A stretch of 61,298 nucleotides of DNA from Dehalococcoidia bacterium (lineage in GTDB: Bacteria; Chloroflexota; Dehalococcoidia; SHXV01): positions 1 through 61,298 of the forward strand of contig SHXV01000001.1 in assembly GCA_009693105.1 (NCBI GenBank), given 5' to 3'. Each line of letters starts with the position of its first letter. Position 1 is the first letter of the stretch. The notes below the pieces were generated by a model. That model saw only the letters and a list, made by a program, of their open reading frames with translations. It had not been told where the DNA came from and made no database searches. The translations under genes and the position numbers were made by a program. Of the stretch, positions 41,477 to 49,448 are shown in pieces.

Positions 41477-42736
41477 ATGAGCTATATGACAGCGCTGCAC
41501 TGTCGGGAGTGCGGGCGGGAGTACGAACCCGGCCCCCTCCACGTCTGTGAGTTCTGCTTCGGTCCGCTCGAGGTGACGTACGATTACGATGGTATGCGGG
41601 GCAAGGTGACGCGGAAGCGGATCGAATCCGGCCCACCGACGATGTGGCGCTACATCGACCTGCTGCCCATCGCCGGGGACGACCCGATCGAAATGGGCAC
41701 CGGCTTCACGCCGCTCCTCCGCGCGGAGAACCTGGGGCGGGAGCTCGGCCTGGATGAGCTCTACTTGAAGAACGATTGCGTCAATCCCACCTGGTCCTTC
41801 AAGGATCGCGTCGTCGGAGTCGCCGCCACGCGGGCGCGGGAGCTGGGCTTCACCACGCTGGCCTGCGCCTCCACCGGCAACCTGGCCAACAGCGTCTCCG
41901 CCCATGCCGCCAAGGCCGGTATGGACGCCATCGTCTTCATCCCCTCCGACCTGGAGCAGAGCAAGATCCTGGGCTCCGCCATCTACGCGCCCACGCTGGT
42001 GGCGGTGAACGGCTCCTATGACGATGTGAACCGGCTCTGCAGCGAGCTGGCCGGTCGCTACCCCTGGGCGTTTGTGAACATCAACGTGCGTCCCTACTAT
42101 GCGGAGGGCTCCAAGACGCTGGGCTATGAGGTGGCGGAGCAGCTGGGCTGGCAGGCACCCGACCACTGCGTGGTGCCCATGGCCAGCGGCTCCCTGTACA
42201 CGAAGATATGGAAGGGGCTGACGGAGCTGCACCGGTTAGGCCTCATCGATGAGCCGCACACCCGCATGTCCGGCGCGCAGGCGGAGGGCTGCTCCCCCAT
42301 CGCGACGGCGTGGATGGGCGGCACGATGAACATTCGCCCGCAGCGCCCCAACACCATCGCCAAGTCGCTTGCCATCGGCAACCCGGCGGACGGTTACTAC
42401 GCGCTGAAGACGATGCAGGAGACCAACGGCGCCGCCGCTGCTGTCAGCGATGATGAGGTGGTGGAAGGGATGAAGCTGCTGGCCCGCACCGAGGGCATCT
42501 TCGCGGAGACGGCGGGTGGTGTTACCATTGCCGCACTGAAGCGGCTGGTGCAGTCCGGCGTGATCCGGCGGGGGGAACGCACCGTGGTCTTCATCACCGG
42601 CGCGGGGCTGAAGACGCCGGATGCGGTGATGGGCCGGCTGGCCGCATCGCTGGACATTGAAGCAACGGTCGAGTCGTTCGAGGCGGCGAAGCGGGAGGTT
42701 GATGCCCGCGTGAGCGCGGCCCCGGCGACGGCCTGA
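41477..42736 (+). CDS. threonine-synthase-family PLP enzyme with N-terminal zinc ribbon; candidate homocysteine-forming enzyme
   Basis: 'CRECGREY..CEFCFGPLE' is a ribbon and 'NPTWSFKDRVVG' carries the PLP lysine; the rest has a ThrC-like fold. It is preceded by the SAM-I riboswitch and followed by NIL and MoaD-like genes. Confidence 0.85.
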   Translation: MSYMTALHCRECGREYEPGPLHVCEFCFGPLEVTYDYDGMRGKVTRKRIESGPPTMWRYIDLLPIAGDDPIEMGTGFTPLLRAENLGRELGLDELYLKNDCVNPTWSFKDRVVGVAATRARELGFTTLACASTGNLANSVSAHAAKAGMDAIVFIPSDLEQSKILGSAIYAPTLVAVNGSYDDVNRLCSELAGRYPWAFVNINVRPYYAEGSKTLGYEVAEQLGWQAPDHCVVPMASGSLYTKIWKGLTELHRLGLIDEPHTRMSGAQAEGCSPIATAWMGGTMNIRPQRPNTIAKSLAIGNPADGYYALKTMQETNGAAAAVSDDEVVEGMKLLARTEGIFAETAGGVTIAALKRLVQSGVIRRGERTVVFITGAGLKTPDAVMGRLAASLDIEATVESFEAAKREVDARVSAAPATA

Positions 42737-42748
42737 CGAAGGAGCGCA

Positions 42749-42991
42749 ATGGTGCGTAAGCGAGTGCGGTTCACGTTTGAGGGGGACCTGGTCAAGGATC
42801 CGGTCATCTGGCAGATGGGCCGCGACTTTGCGGTGGTGACCAACATCCGGATGGCGGACGTGGAAGAGCGCTACGGCTGGGTGATCCTGGAGGTCGACGG
42901 CGAGCCGGACGAGATCGACCGCGCCATTGCCTGGGCGGAAACCAAAGGTGTGCGTGTCGACCCGATCACGGGCGATGTGGTGGAAGGCTGA
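42749..42991 (+). CDS. NIL-domain protein
   Basis: 80 aa. 'FEGDLVKDPVIWQMGRDFAVVTNIRMADV..GWVILEVDG' resembles the NIL domain found at MetN C-termini. Confidence 0.7.
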   Translation: MVRKRVRFTFEGDLVKDPVIWQMGRDFAVVTNIRMADVEERYGWVILEVDGEPDEIDRAIAWAETKGVRVDPITGDVVEG

Positions 42992-43014
42992 ACATTACTT
43001 GGAGGTGAGTCGCC

Positions 43015-43290
43015 TTGAGCGTCTCCGTGCGTATCCCTACCCCGCTGCGAAAGATGACGAACGAACAGGACGTGGTGAAGTCCACGGGCGATAGCCTGGC
43101 GGCGCTGGTTGAGGCGCTGGAGGGCGAATACCCGGGCTTGAAGGACCGCCTGATGGACGAGAGCGGCGAACTGCGGCGATTCGTCAACGTCTACGTGAAC
43201 GGAGAGGACGTTCGCTTCCTCTCCGGCCTCGCCACCCCCCTCAAGTCCGGCGACGAGGTCAGCATCGTCCCCGCCGTGGCGGGAGGCTGA
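43015..43290 (+). CDS. MoaD/ThiS-family sulfur-carrier protein (C-terminal GG)
   Basis: 91 aa ending '..GDEVSIVPAVAGG'. It is a paralogue of the 51616 ORF and of the N-domain of the 50460 ORF. Confidence 0.88.
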   Translation: MSVSVRIPTPLRKMTNEQDVVKSTGDSLAALVEALEGEYPGLKDRLMDESGELRRFVNVYVNGEDVRFLSGLATPLKSGDEVSIVPAVAGG

Positions 43291-43379
43291 GGCGAAGCGT
43301 ACGCACGTTTAGGAAATGTGTATATATCCCCGGTGGATGGCTGCACTGACGGCGGGTCCGCGAAAGGCGAGAGGGGAAA

Positions 43380-43751
43380 ATGACTAATCCACGATCCATG
43401 CGGTACTCCATGGATGAAGTGTTGTCCGGGATACTGGCGACCTTTGAACGAGACACGTCCACGGATTACACCCAAAGGCTGGGTGAAGCGTTCAAGGGCT
43501 TATCCCAGCAGGCGCCGCTGTTTGCCCCGTTCGGCGCGATCGCCGAAGAGGGGGATTTCTCCGCGATTGTGGAGAAGGCGCTGGGCAGCCTCGTCGTTAC
43601 GGGACAGTTGAAGCGCAAAGCGGCCCACTATGAGCTGACGGCGGCCGGGCGTGCTCGCTGCGTTAGCAGCAAGCGTACCCTGTTGAACGCCAGCGATCTG
43701 AAGGACCTCGAGGCAGGCGCTCGCTACTTCGAGGAGCACTGCTCCGCCTGA
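43380..43751 (+). CDS. hypothetical protein (123 aa), first gene of the AT-richer islet
   Basis: A GAGAGGGGA RBS precedes the ATG. No family recognised. The C-terminal half could be winged-helix-like ('LVVTGQLKRKAAHYELTAAG'). Confidence 0.5.
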   Translation: MTNPRSMRYSMDEVLSGILATFERDTSTDYTQRLGEAFKGLSQQAPLFAPFGAIAEEGDFSAIVEKALGSLVVTGQLKRKAAHYELTAAGRARCVSSKRTLLNASDLKDLEAGARYFEEHCSA

Positions 43752-43821
43752 GCCACGCGTCATTCAGCCATATCTGAGCCCCCGCCCAAGCTCACGACAG
43801 GTTATCGCTCGCTGTGGGGTG

Positions 43822-44247
43822 TTAATGGTTCGGCCCAAGACCAATTCCAGACCGGACCCTGAACATCTCGTTCCGACCTTCTTCCAGCACGGCGAGCTCG
43901 TTGATGGCGATGGTCACCGGGAGGGACGGCGCCAGGTCCGAGCGGACCGCGCTTTCGATCTGTACTAAACGGTCTTCAGGAGACTCGGCGATTGTGAGAT
44001 GTGGGATCGTGTCGGGATAGCGGCCGCCGTACCGTGGATGTTCGGGAAATGTCGCGAAGAGTTTGGCCATCAACGCGGCGGTTTCTCCGTTATCCCCCGG
44101 TTGAGATAGAGCACGCCCGGGAAGCGCCCAAAATCGCCAAGCGTTATCCTGAATTGCTCGATGCCCTCCGCCAAGCAGCGGCGCGGCGCCAGAGTGCCTG
44201 AGTCGCTCTGACTGGAAGGCGCACGACGTAGGCAACGAGCACACCAC
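43822..44247 (-). pseudogene. C-terminal half of a 2H-phosphoesterase (LigT/2'-5' RNA ligase superfamily) gene
   Basis: '..FATFPEHPRYGGRYPDTIPHLTIAES..VTIAINELAVLEE' contains only the second H-x-T-x motif. The N-terminal ~45 codons of the ORF look unrelated. Confidence 0.6.
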
Positions 44248-44530
44248 CCGCCCCGAGTGCCAAAGCCGCTGGACTAGCCCGAGCTACGCGGGCAGCAAGG
44301 AACAGAAGCATGAATTCGGGGTCGCGGACGACACTGCCCCCCGACCACTGCGGGGAGTGAATGCCCCCCATTACTTCAACATCGACCCAGCTCAAACCCT
44401 CCCCGAATACCCCGAATGGAACGTGCTCGAAACCCAGGATCAGGTGCATCCCGAGATCGATAGCCATGAACGTGAGGGACAGCAGGGCGAGGATGCCGGC
44501 GGTGCGGGCGGTGGCCCCGAACGTCTTCAT
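44144..44530 (-). CDS. possible small membrane protein (128 aa), doubtful
   Basis: 'MKTFGATARTAGILALLSLTFMAIDLGMHLILGF..' is hydrophobic. The ORF overlaps the 2H fragment, and its 5' end is one copy of an 18-bp repeat. Confidence 0.25.
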   Translation of the reverse strand: MKTFGATARTAGILALLSLTFMAIDLGMHLILGFEHVPFGVFGEGLSWVDVEVMGGIHSPQWSGGSVVRDPEFMLLFLAARVARASPAALALGAGGVLVAYVVRLPVRATQALWRRAAAWRRASSNSG

Positions 44531-44778
44531 GCGCCGCACTCTAGCACCGCCGCGCGCAAGCCGTGGGTGTCGCCGTGACCGCCGCAGTAACGGTCGGCGT
44601 CGCGGCATCCGACATCACTTGCGTTGGCGAGGAGCTCTCTGCAGGTGACGACGAGACCGGAGGGTTCGCACCGCCGCCGCCGAGCGACGAGCCCGGACAG
44701 GAGAGTAGAATCCGCGGCGACGGATCAGCGCGACGTTGTTCCCATAGAGTGGTGACGTCCTTCCACGAGGTCACAACC

Positions 44779-44820
44779 GGCGGCCGAGGAGTCTAATTCC
44801 TCGGCCGCCACTTTATTTTC
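44779..44820 (+). terminator. strong stem-loop with T-tract (orphan intrinsic terminator)
   Basis: GGCGGCCGAGGA (44779-44790), 7-nt loop, TCCTCGGCCGCC (44798-44809), then ACTTTATTTTC. No convincing upstream plus-strand gene. Confidence 0.55.
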
Positions 44821-44884
44821 AATCTCCTCGGCGTGGGGGCAGTGATACCGCGCTGGCGGTTCGATCTCTGTGCAGGGGTTATGC

Positions 44885-45010
44885 CAGAACTCAGGGCTCG
44901 ACCCCGATTTCCGCCGTGAACGCTATGGGGAACCGCTCCACTTCGAATCTGAGCACAGGTGCGGGGAAGGCCGGATCGAACGCCTTTCGGACCCCGAGCC
45001 CTGAGTTCTG
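44885..45010. repeat. 16-bp perfect inverted repeat pair flanking 94 nt (MITE-like or long hairpin)
   Basis: CAGAACTCAGGGCTCG (44885-44900) and CGAGCCCTGAGTTCTG (44995-45010), ending 12 nt from the stop of the 45023 gene. Confidence 0.7.
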
Positions 45011-45022
45011 ACAGAACCCGTG

Positions 45023-46246
45023 CTAGAGGTAGGCGACGTACCGGTCGACTTCGAGTGTGAGGTTACCTGCTTCAGCAAATCCGAAGGGGTCCTGAACGCG
45101 GCGAATTTGTGCCGATTTGTTGAAAACCCCGTTCACGAGATACAGCCAGTACTGCGATCTGTGTCGTCCTGCCGCCCGCCACTCATTTGCGGTCAAGAAG
45201 TACGCGCTCTTGGTGCTGAGACTGGACTTTACTTCGATGTAGCGTTCGGTCTCGTCGTCGTTGAACGACAAGATGTCATAGCCCGGGAATTCTTCACCCG
45301 GTTCAAACCGCTCAGTTCTTGGGTGCCCGCAATCGCAGCCGACTGCACATGCGACATGAACGATTTGCGCTACCAGCGAAGTCTTGCCAGCCTCACTCAG
45401 TCGTTTCTTCTCCGCCTCGATGACTAGAAGTTCCCCGATTCTTCCAATGCGAGCGTGCTCCGCTCGTGGTTGGCTGGCCTTGTCGCGTCGCTCGCGTATG
45501 GGCCGTGGTGTGTTGACTCGGGCCGACGGTGTGAATTCAACCGCGACAATCTGCTGGTCAGCAGGTGCCGAAGCAGCACCTTCGATGATGTCATCGAGCT
45601 TCGGCATCGCAGGGTTATTGATCATCTTGAGGTAGAGCGTGACAAATCGCCGGAGGTCTGCCGTCAAAGCCGCTTCAGATGGCAGATTCGAAATCGAGTA
45701 GGCGATCGAAGCGATCGAACTTAGTTCGTAGCGCGCGTGAATTGATCCGCGCGGTGCATTGAGTTCGAGACGGTCTGTCGCCAGTCCCTCGAGTGCTGCT
45801 GCACCCATTCGTCCACGGTAGTCAGAAACCGCTTTGGTAAGTTCCCTCTGGAACTTTGGTTCAGGAAAGGCGTCATGAAACTTCGTGACACCCAGTGCGA
45901 GGGACAAATAGACCCACTCCATACCGATCGAGAACAGATAGGCGATGTAAGGCCCATCTTGAGCACTCGGTGCGACCACAGGGTCGTAGATGCGTACCCA
46001 CGGAGCCCGCGTTTGGTAGCCTGCTCCGACCGATCCTTCTGTGTTCAGGCGTTGCTGGGGGGCTAAGAGGTCCTTCAGTCGAGTAGGTGTGACGCGCTCG
46101 ACGAGGTCGTAGACCTCGCTCTTCTTGTCGACTGTTCTTTGGGATGCATCCCACGTCACCGCAATACCCAAGAAGAGTTCGGAGAGGGTCAGCGGGCTGT
46201 CGTTCGTCATCGATACATCCGCTTGCCGGCGGTGTTGCTGGAGCAC
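45023..46246 (-). CDS. McrB-N-like (DUF3578) DNA-reader domain fused to a DUF3883 PD-(D/E)xK-like nuclease domain; candidate type IV restriction enzyme
   Basis: N-terminal 'EGSVGAGYQTRAPWVRIYDP..SAQDGPYIAYLFS..VYLSLALGVT' closely follows the DUF3578/MrcB_N pattern (GSxGxG..PW..I.D..SAQ.G.Y.VYLF..YLSLNQG). C-terminal 'GRIGELLVIEAEKKRL..GYDILSF..RYIEVKSS..FLTANEWRAA..YWLYLV' follows the DUF3883 pattern. AT-richer than the surroundings. An alternative start is ATG 46210. Confidence 0.75.
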   Translation of the reverse strand: MLQQHRRQADVSMTNDSPLTLSELFLGIAVTWDASQRTVDKKSEVYDLVERVTPTRLKDLLAPQQRLNTEGSVGAGYQTRAPWVRIYDPVVAPSAQDGPYIAYLFSIGMEWVYLSLALGVTKFHDAFPEPKFQRELTKAVSDYRGRMGAAALEGLATDRLELNAPRGSIHARYELSSIASIAYSISNLPSEAALTADLRRFVTLYLKMINNPAMPKLDDIIEGAASAPADQQIVAVEFTPSARVNTPRPIRERRDKASQPRAEHARIGRIGELLVIEAEKKRLSEAGKTSLVAQIVHVACAVGCDCGHPRTERFEPGEEFPGYDILSFNDDETERYIEVKSSLSTKSAYFLTANEWRAAGRHRSQYWLYLVNGVFNKSAQIRRVQDPFGFAEAGNLTLEVDRYVAYL

Positions 46247-46304
46247 CCAACAGCGAGCACGAGCATCACGATGGCAGCGAGGATGGGGAGGCGGCGGCGC
46301 AGGT

Positions 46305-46511
46305 TCATGCCCCGCACTCTACAGTAAGCGCCGCCGTGAGTTCGGCGATGTCCACGTCCGACAACGGTGCAGGTCGCCAGGGATAGAGCAGCGTGATGTG
46401 CGCCGGCACGCTCCTGCGAGCTGATGGGTCGTATCGCGCGGGCCACTTCGAAACGAGACGGTCGATCTCCGGCGCCAGGATGACCAGCGCGCTTTCGCCT
46501 GGTTGGCTCAT
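46305..46511 (-). pseudogene. N-terminal half of a 2H-phosphoesterase gene
   Basis: 'SALVILAPEIDRLV..VPAHITLLYPWRP..DIAELTAAL' carries only the first H-x-T-x motif. It ends abruptly after 68 codons. Confidence 0.6.
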
Positions 46512-46622
46512 AGTTGTCCCCCAGCGCATTGATGATACCCCATCGGGCGTTGCGCCATCCCCGGGTCTTGTGCCATAATCCTGACTTAATCGCTCGATTT
46601 ACTCTCTTTTAGTGGAGGCCCC

Positions 46623-47804
46623 ATGTTCGCATCCAACCTCATCGCGCCGCACGGCGGCACGCTCGTCGATCGCCTCGCCCCGGAGGCGCAGCGTGCGTCG
46701 CTGCTCGCCGCCGCGGAAGCGCTGCCGCCCGTCGCCGTCGGCCCCCGCGTCCTCGCCGATCTCGAGCTGATCGCCGTCGGCGCCTACAGCCCGCTGGACG
46801 GCTTCATGACCAACGCCGACTACAAGGGCGTCGTGGAGAACATGCGCCTGGCCAACGGCACGGCCTGGTCACTGCCGGTCACCCTTCCCGCGACGAAAGC
46901 GGAGGCAGACGCCCTGCGGGAGGGCCAGCCCTTCGCCCTGCGCGATGAGCAGGGCCGCGTCGTCGCCACCGTCACCCTGACGGAGCGCTACAGCTACGAC
47001 AAGAAGAACGAAGCGGAGAAGGTCTACCGCACCGCGGACGAAGCCCACCCCGGCGTCGCCGCCATGTACGCCCAGGGCGATGTCCTCCTCGCCGGGCCGA
47101 TCACCCTTCTGCGTAAGGCGGAGCGTGGCCCTGCCGTCGTCGATCACTGGCTGGAGCCGGCGCAGAGCCGCGCCGCGTTCGCGGAGCGGGGCTGGCGCAC
47201 CATCGTCGGCTTCCAGACGCGCAACCCGGTCCACCGTGCCCACGAGTACATCCAGAAGTGCGCCCTCGAGATCGTCGATGGCCTGTTCCTCCACCCGCTC
47301 GTCGGCGAGACGAAGGGCGATGACATCCCTGCCGATGTCCGCATGCGCTGCTACACCGTGCTCCTGGACAACTACTACCCGAAGGACCGCACGCTGCTGG
47401 GGGTGCTCCCCGCCGCCATGCGCTACGCCGGGCCGCGGGAGGCCATTTTCCACGCGCTGGTGCGCAAGAACTACGGCTGCTCCCACTTCATCGTCGGACG
47501 GGACCACGCCGGCGTGGGCAACTATTACGGAACCTATGACGCCCAGCTCATCTTCAACGAGTTCAAGCCGGAGGATCTGGGCATCCGGCCCCTCATGTTT
47601 GATCACAGCTTCTACTGCAAGAAGTGCGAAGGCATGGCCAGCGCCAAGACCTGCCCCCACGGCGCGGAGGACCGCGTCACGCTCTCCGGCACCCAGGTCC
47701 GCGACATGCTCGCCGCGGGCACGATACCGCCCGTTGAGTTCAGCCGACCGGAAGTGGCGAAGGTACTGATCGAGGCGCAGCGCGCGGCAAGGGCCGCCGG
47801 ATAA
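46623..47804 (+). CDS. sat: sulfate adenylyltransferase (ATP sulfurylase)
   Basis: '[16 protein letters not shown]' and '[12 protein letters not shown]', with PUA-like N-terminal and catalytic domains. Confidence 0.95.
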   Translation: MFASNLIAPHGGTLVDRLAPEAQRASLLAAAEALPPVAVGPRVLADLELIAVGAYSPLDGFMTNADYKGVVENMRLANGTAWSLPVTLPATKAEADALREGQPFALRDEQGRVVATVTLTERYSYDKKNEAEKVYRTADEAHPGVAAMYAQGDVLLAGPITLLRKAERGPAVVDHWLEPAQSRAAFAERGWRTIVGFQTRNPVHRAHEYIQKCALEIVDGLFLHPLVGETKGDDIPADVRMRCYTVLLDNYYPKDRTLLGVLPAAMRYAGPREAIFHALVRKNYGCSHFIVGRDHAGVGNYYGTYDAQLIFNEFKPEDLGIRPLMFDHSFYCKKCEGMASAKTCPHGAEDRVTLSGTQVRDMLAAGTIPPVEFSRPEVAKVLIEAQRAARAAG

Positions 47805-48925
47805 TGGATGGCCCGGCGCCGCTGGAGCAGGGTGGGATCGCCCCGGGAGCGGCCGTTCGTCCGCTTCGCCTCCGGCTGGCGCTGGGCGGGGCGGTGCTGC
47901 GCCGCACGGCGATGGCGCTGGGCGCGCTCTGGCTGTTCGTCATCGCTGTGCGCACGCTGAGCAGCGGGGCGAAAGGGATCGAGCCGCTGCTCGATCTGCT
48001 CTCCGTCAACAATCCCGTCAACGCCCTGGGGTTCGCCTGGCTGGGGGCCTACGGCGTGCTTAGCGGCTCCCCCATCGCCGCCATCGCGGTCACCCTGTTC
48101 GATGGCGGGCTTATCTCGCGCATCGAGGCGTTCGCCATGCTGAACGGCTCCCGATTTGGGGCGTCGTTCATCGTGCTCGTCGTCGGGTTTATGTCTTACA
48201 TCCGGAATCGAAGGGGGCCGGATGGCGTGTACATCGGGGTGATCGCTCTGCTCACCGCCTTCGCGATGAACCTGCCGGTGCTCTTCCTGGGCGTCGCCCT
48301 TCTCCGCTCCGGCCTGCTCGATGGCGCGCGCTTCGACCTGCCGGGGCTGACTTCGCTGGTGGAGGTCATCGCCGATCCCGCTGTCCACCGCATCACCGAT
48401 GCGTTTTCGCCCACCCTCGTGTTCGTGGCCGGTGTGGCGCTGGTGCTGCTCACCTTCCAGCTGTTCGATCGCGCCCTCCCCCAGCTGGAGGCGGCCGATC
48501 AGCGCTTCGAACGGTTGGTGGCGTTCCTGCACCGGCGTTGGGCGATGTTCGCTGTCGGGCTGCTCATGACCTCGATGACGATGTCCGTTTCTATCTCCCT
48601 GACGGTGCTGGTGCCGCTATCGCTCAAAGGCTACATCCGGCGGGACGGCATCGTGCCCTACGTCATGGGAGCGAACATCTCTACCTGGATCGATACGCTT
48701 ATCGCCACGCTGCTGCTGGGCAATCCGGACGCGTTCGTCATCGTCCTGGCGGAGATGGTGAGCGGGTTCACCGTGGCGCTGGTGGTGCTCTCCCTGTGGT
48801 ATCGGCCGTTTGAAGGCGCGATCCTCTGCCTCACCCACTGGATCGTCGCCAGCCGGCGCAGCCTGGCCGTGTTCCTGGGGGCCATCTTCATGATGCCACT
48901 CGTGCTCCTGTTCGCCGTGCCCTAG
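47804..48925 (+). CDS. Na/Pi-cotransporter-family (PF02690-like) membrane protein, possible sulfate or thiosulfate importer
   Basis: Two internal repeats end in 'MLNGSRFGASF' and 'VMGANISTWIDT' (compare GANIGTT). The protein is polytopic. The start overlaps the sat stop (TAATG). Confidence 0.65.
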   Translation: MDGPAPLEQGGIAPGAAVRPLRLRLALGGAVLRRTAMALGALWLFVIAVRTLSSGAKGIEPLLDLLSVNNPVNALGFAWLGAYGVLSGSPIAAIAVTLFDGGLISRIEAFAMLNGSRFGASFIVLVVGFMSYIRNRRGPDGVYIGVIALLTAFAMNLPVLFLGVALLRSGLLDGARFDLPGLTSLVEVIADPAVHRITDAFSPTLVFVAGVALVLLTFQLFDRALPQLEAADQRFERLVAFLHRRWAMFAVGLLMTSMTMSVSISLTVLVPLSLKGYIRRDGIVPYVMGANISTWIDTLIATLLLGNPDAFVIVLAEMVSGFTVALVVLSLWYRPFEGAILCLTHWIVASRRSLAVFLGAIFMMPLVLLFAVP

Positions 48926-49003
48926 CGGTGGCTCCCGTTTTTCGCTCGTGCTAAGATTGTTGATAGAACCACTCGACTTTATGAATCGTCGAAGAGGCCA
49001 GGA

Positions 49004-49438
49004 ATGAAAGTATCGACCAAGGTGGACTACGGCGTTCGCGCCCTCATCGAGCTGTCCCAACACTACGGCGAAGGGCCGATGCAGAGCAGCGAGATCGCGG
49101 CGCGGCAGCACATTCCGGAGCAGTACCTGGACCAGCTGCTGACCACGCTGCGGCGCGCGGGCTTTATCCGCAGTGTGCGCGGCCCCCAGGGCGGTCACGC
49201 CCTGGTCCGGCCGGCGGAGGAACTGCCGGTGAGCGAGGTAGTCCTGGCGTTGGAAGGGTCGCTCGACCCCATCGCCTGCCTGGAAGAAGGGTCCGCCTGC
49301 ACCAAGGGGGGTGGATGCGCCCAGCGCGGCATGTGGGAAGACGTGCGAACGGCCATCCTGGGGGTGCTGGGAGCCACGACCATCGCGGACTTGCGGGAGC
49401 GCAGCCGAAGCTCACTTGTTGGGCACTACCGGATCTAG
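49004..49438 (+). CDS. Rrf2-family transcriptional regulator (CymR/IscR-like)
   Basis: 'MKVSTKVDYGVRALIEL..IPEQYLDQLLTTLRRAGFIRSVRGPQGG'. Confidence 0.9.
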   Translation: MKVSTKVDYGVRALIELSQHYGEGPMQSSEIAARQHIPEQYLDQLLTTLRRAGFIRSVRGPQGGHALVRPAEELPVSEVVLALEGSLDPIACLEEGSACTKGGGCAQRGMWEDVRTAILGVLGATTIADLRERSRSSLVGHYRI

Positions 49439-49448
49439 GGGGACTCTC

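Noticed and set aside
44541-44796. Small ORFs on both strands (77 aa each), plus a startless Cys-rich frame '..CRELLANASDVGCRDADRYCGGHGDTHG..ECGA'.
   Set aside because: They have no start codon or RBS and no recognisable family. They are probably remnants in the rearranged islet. The shared '..ECGA-stop' tail is reported only as part of the 18-bp repeat.
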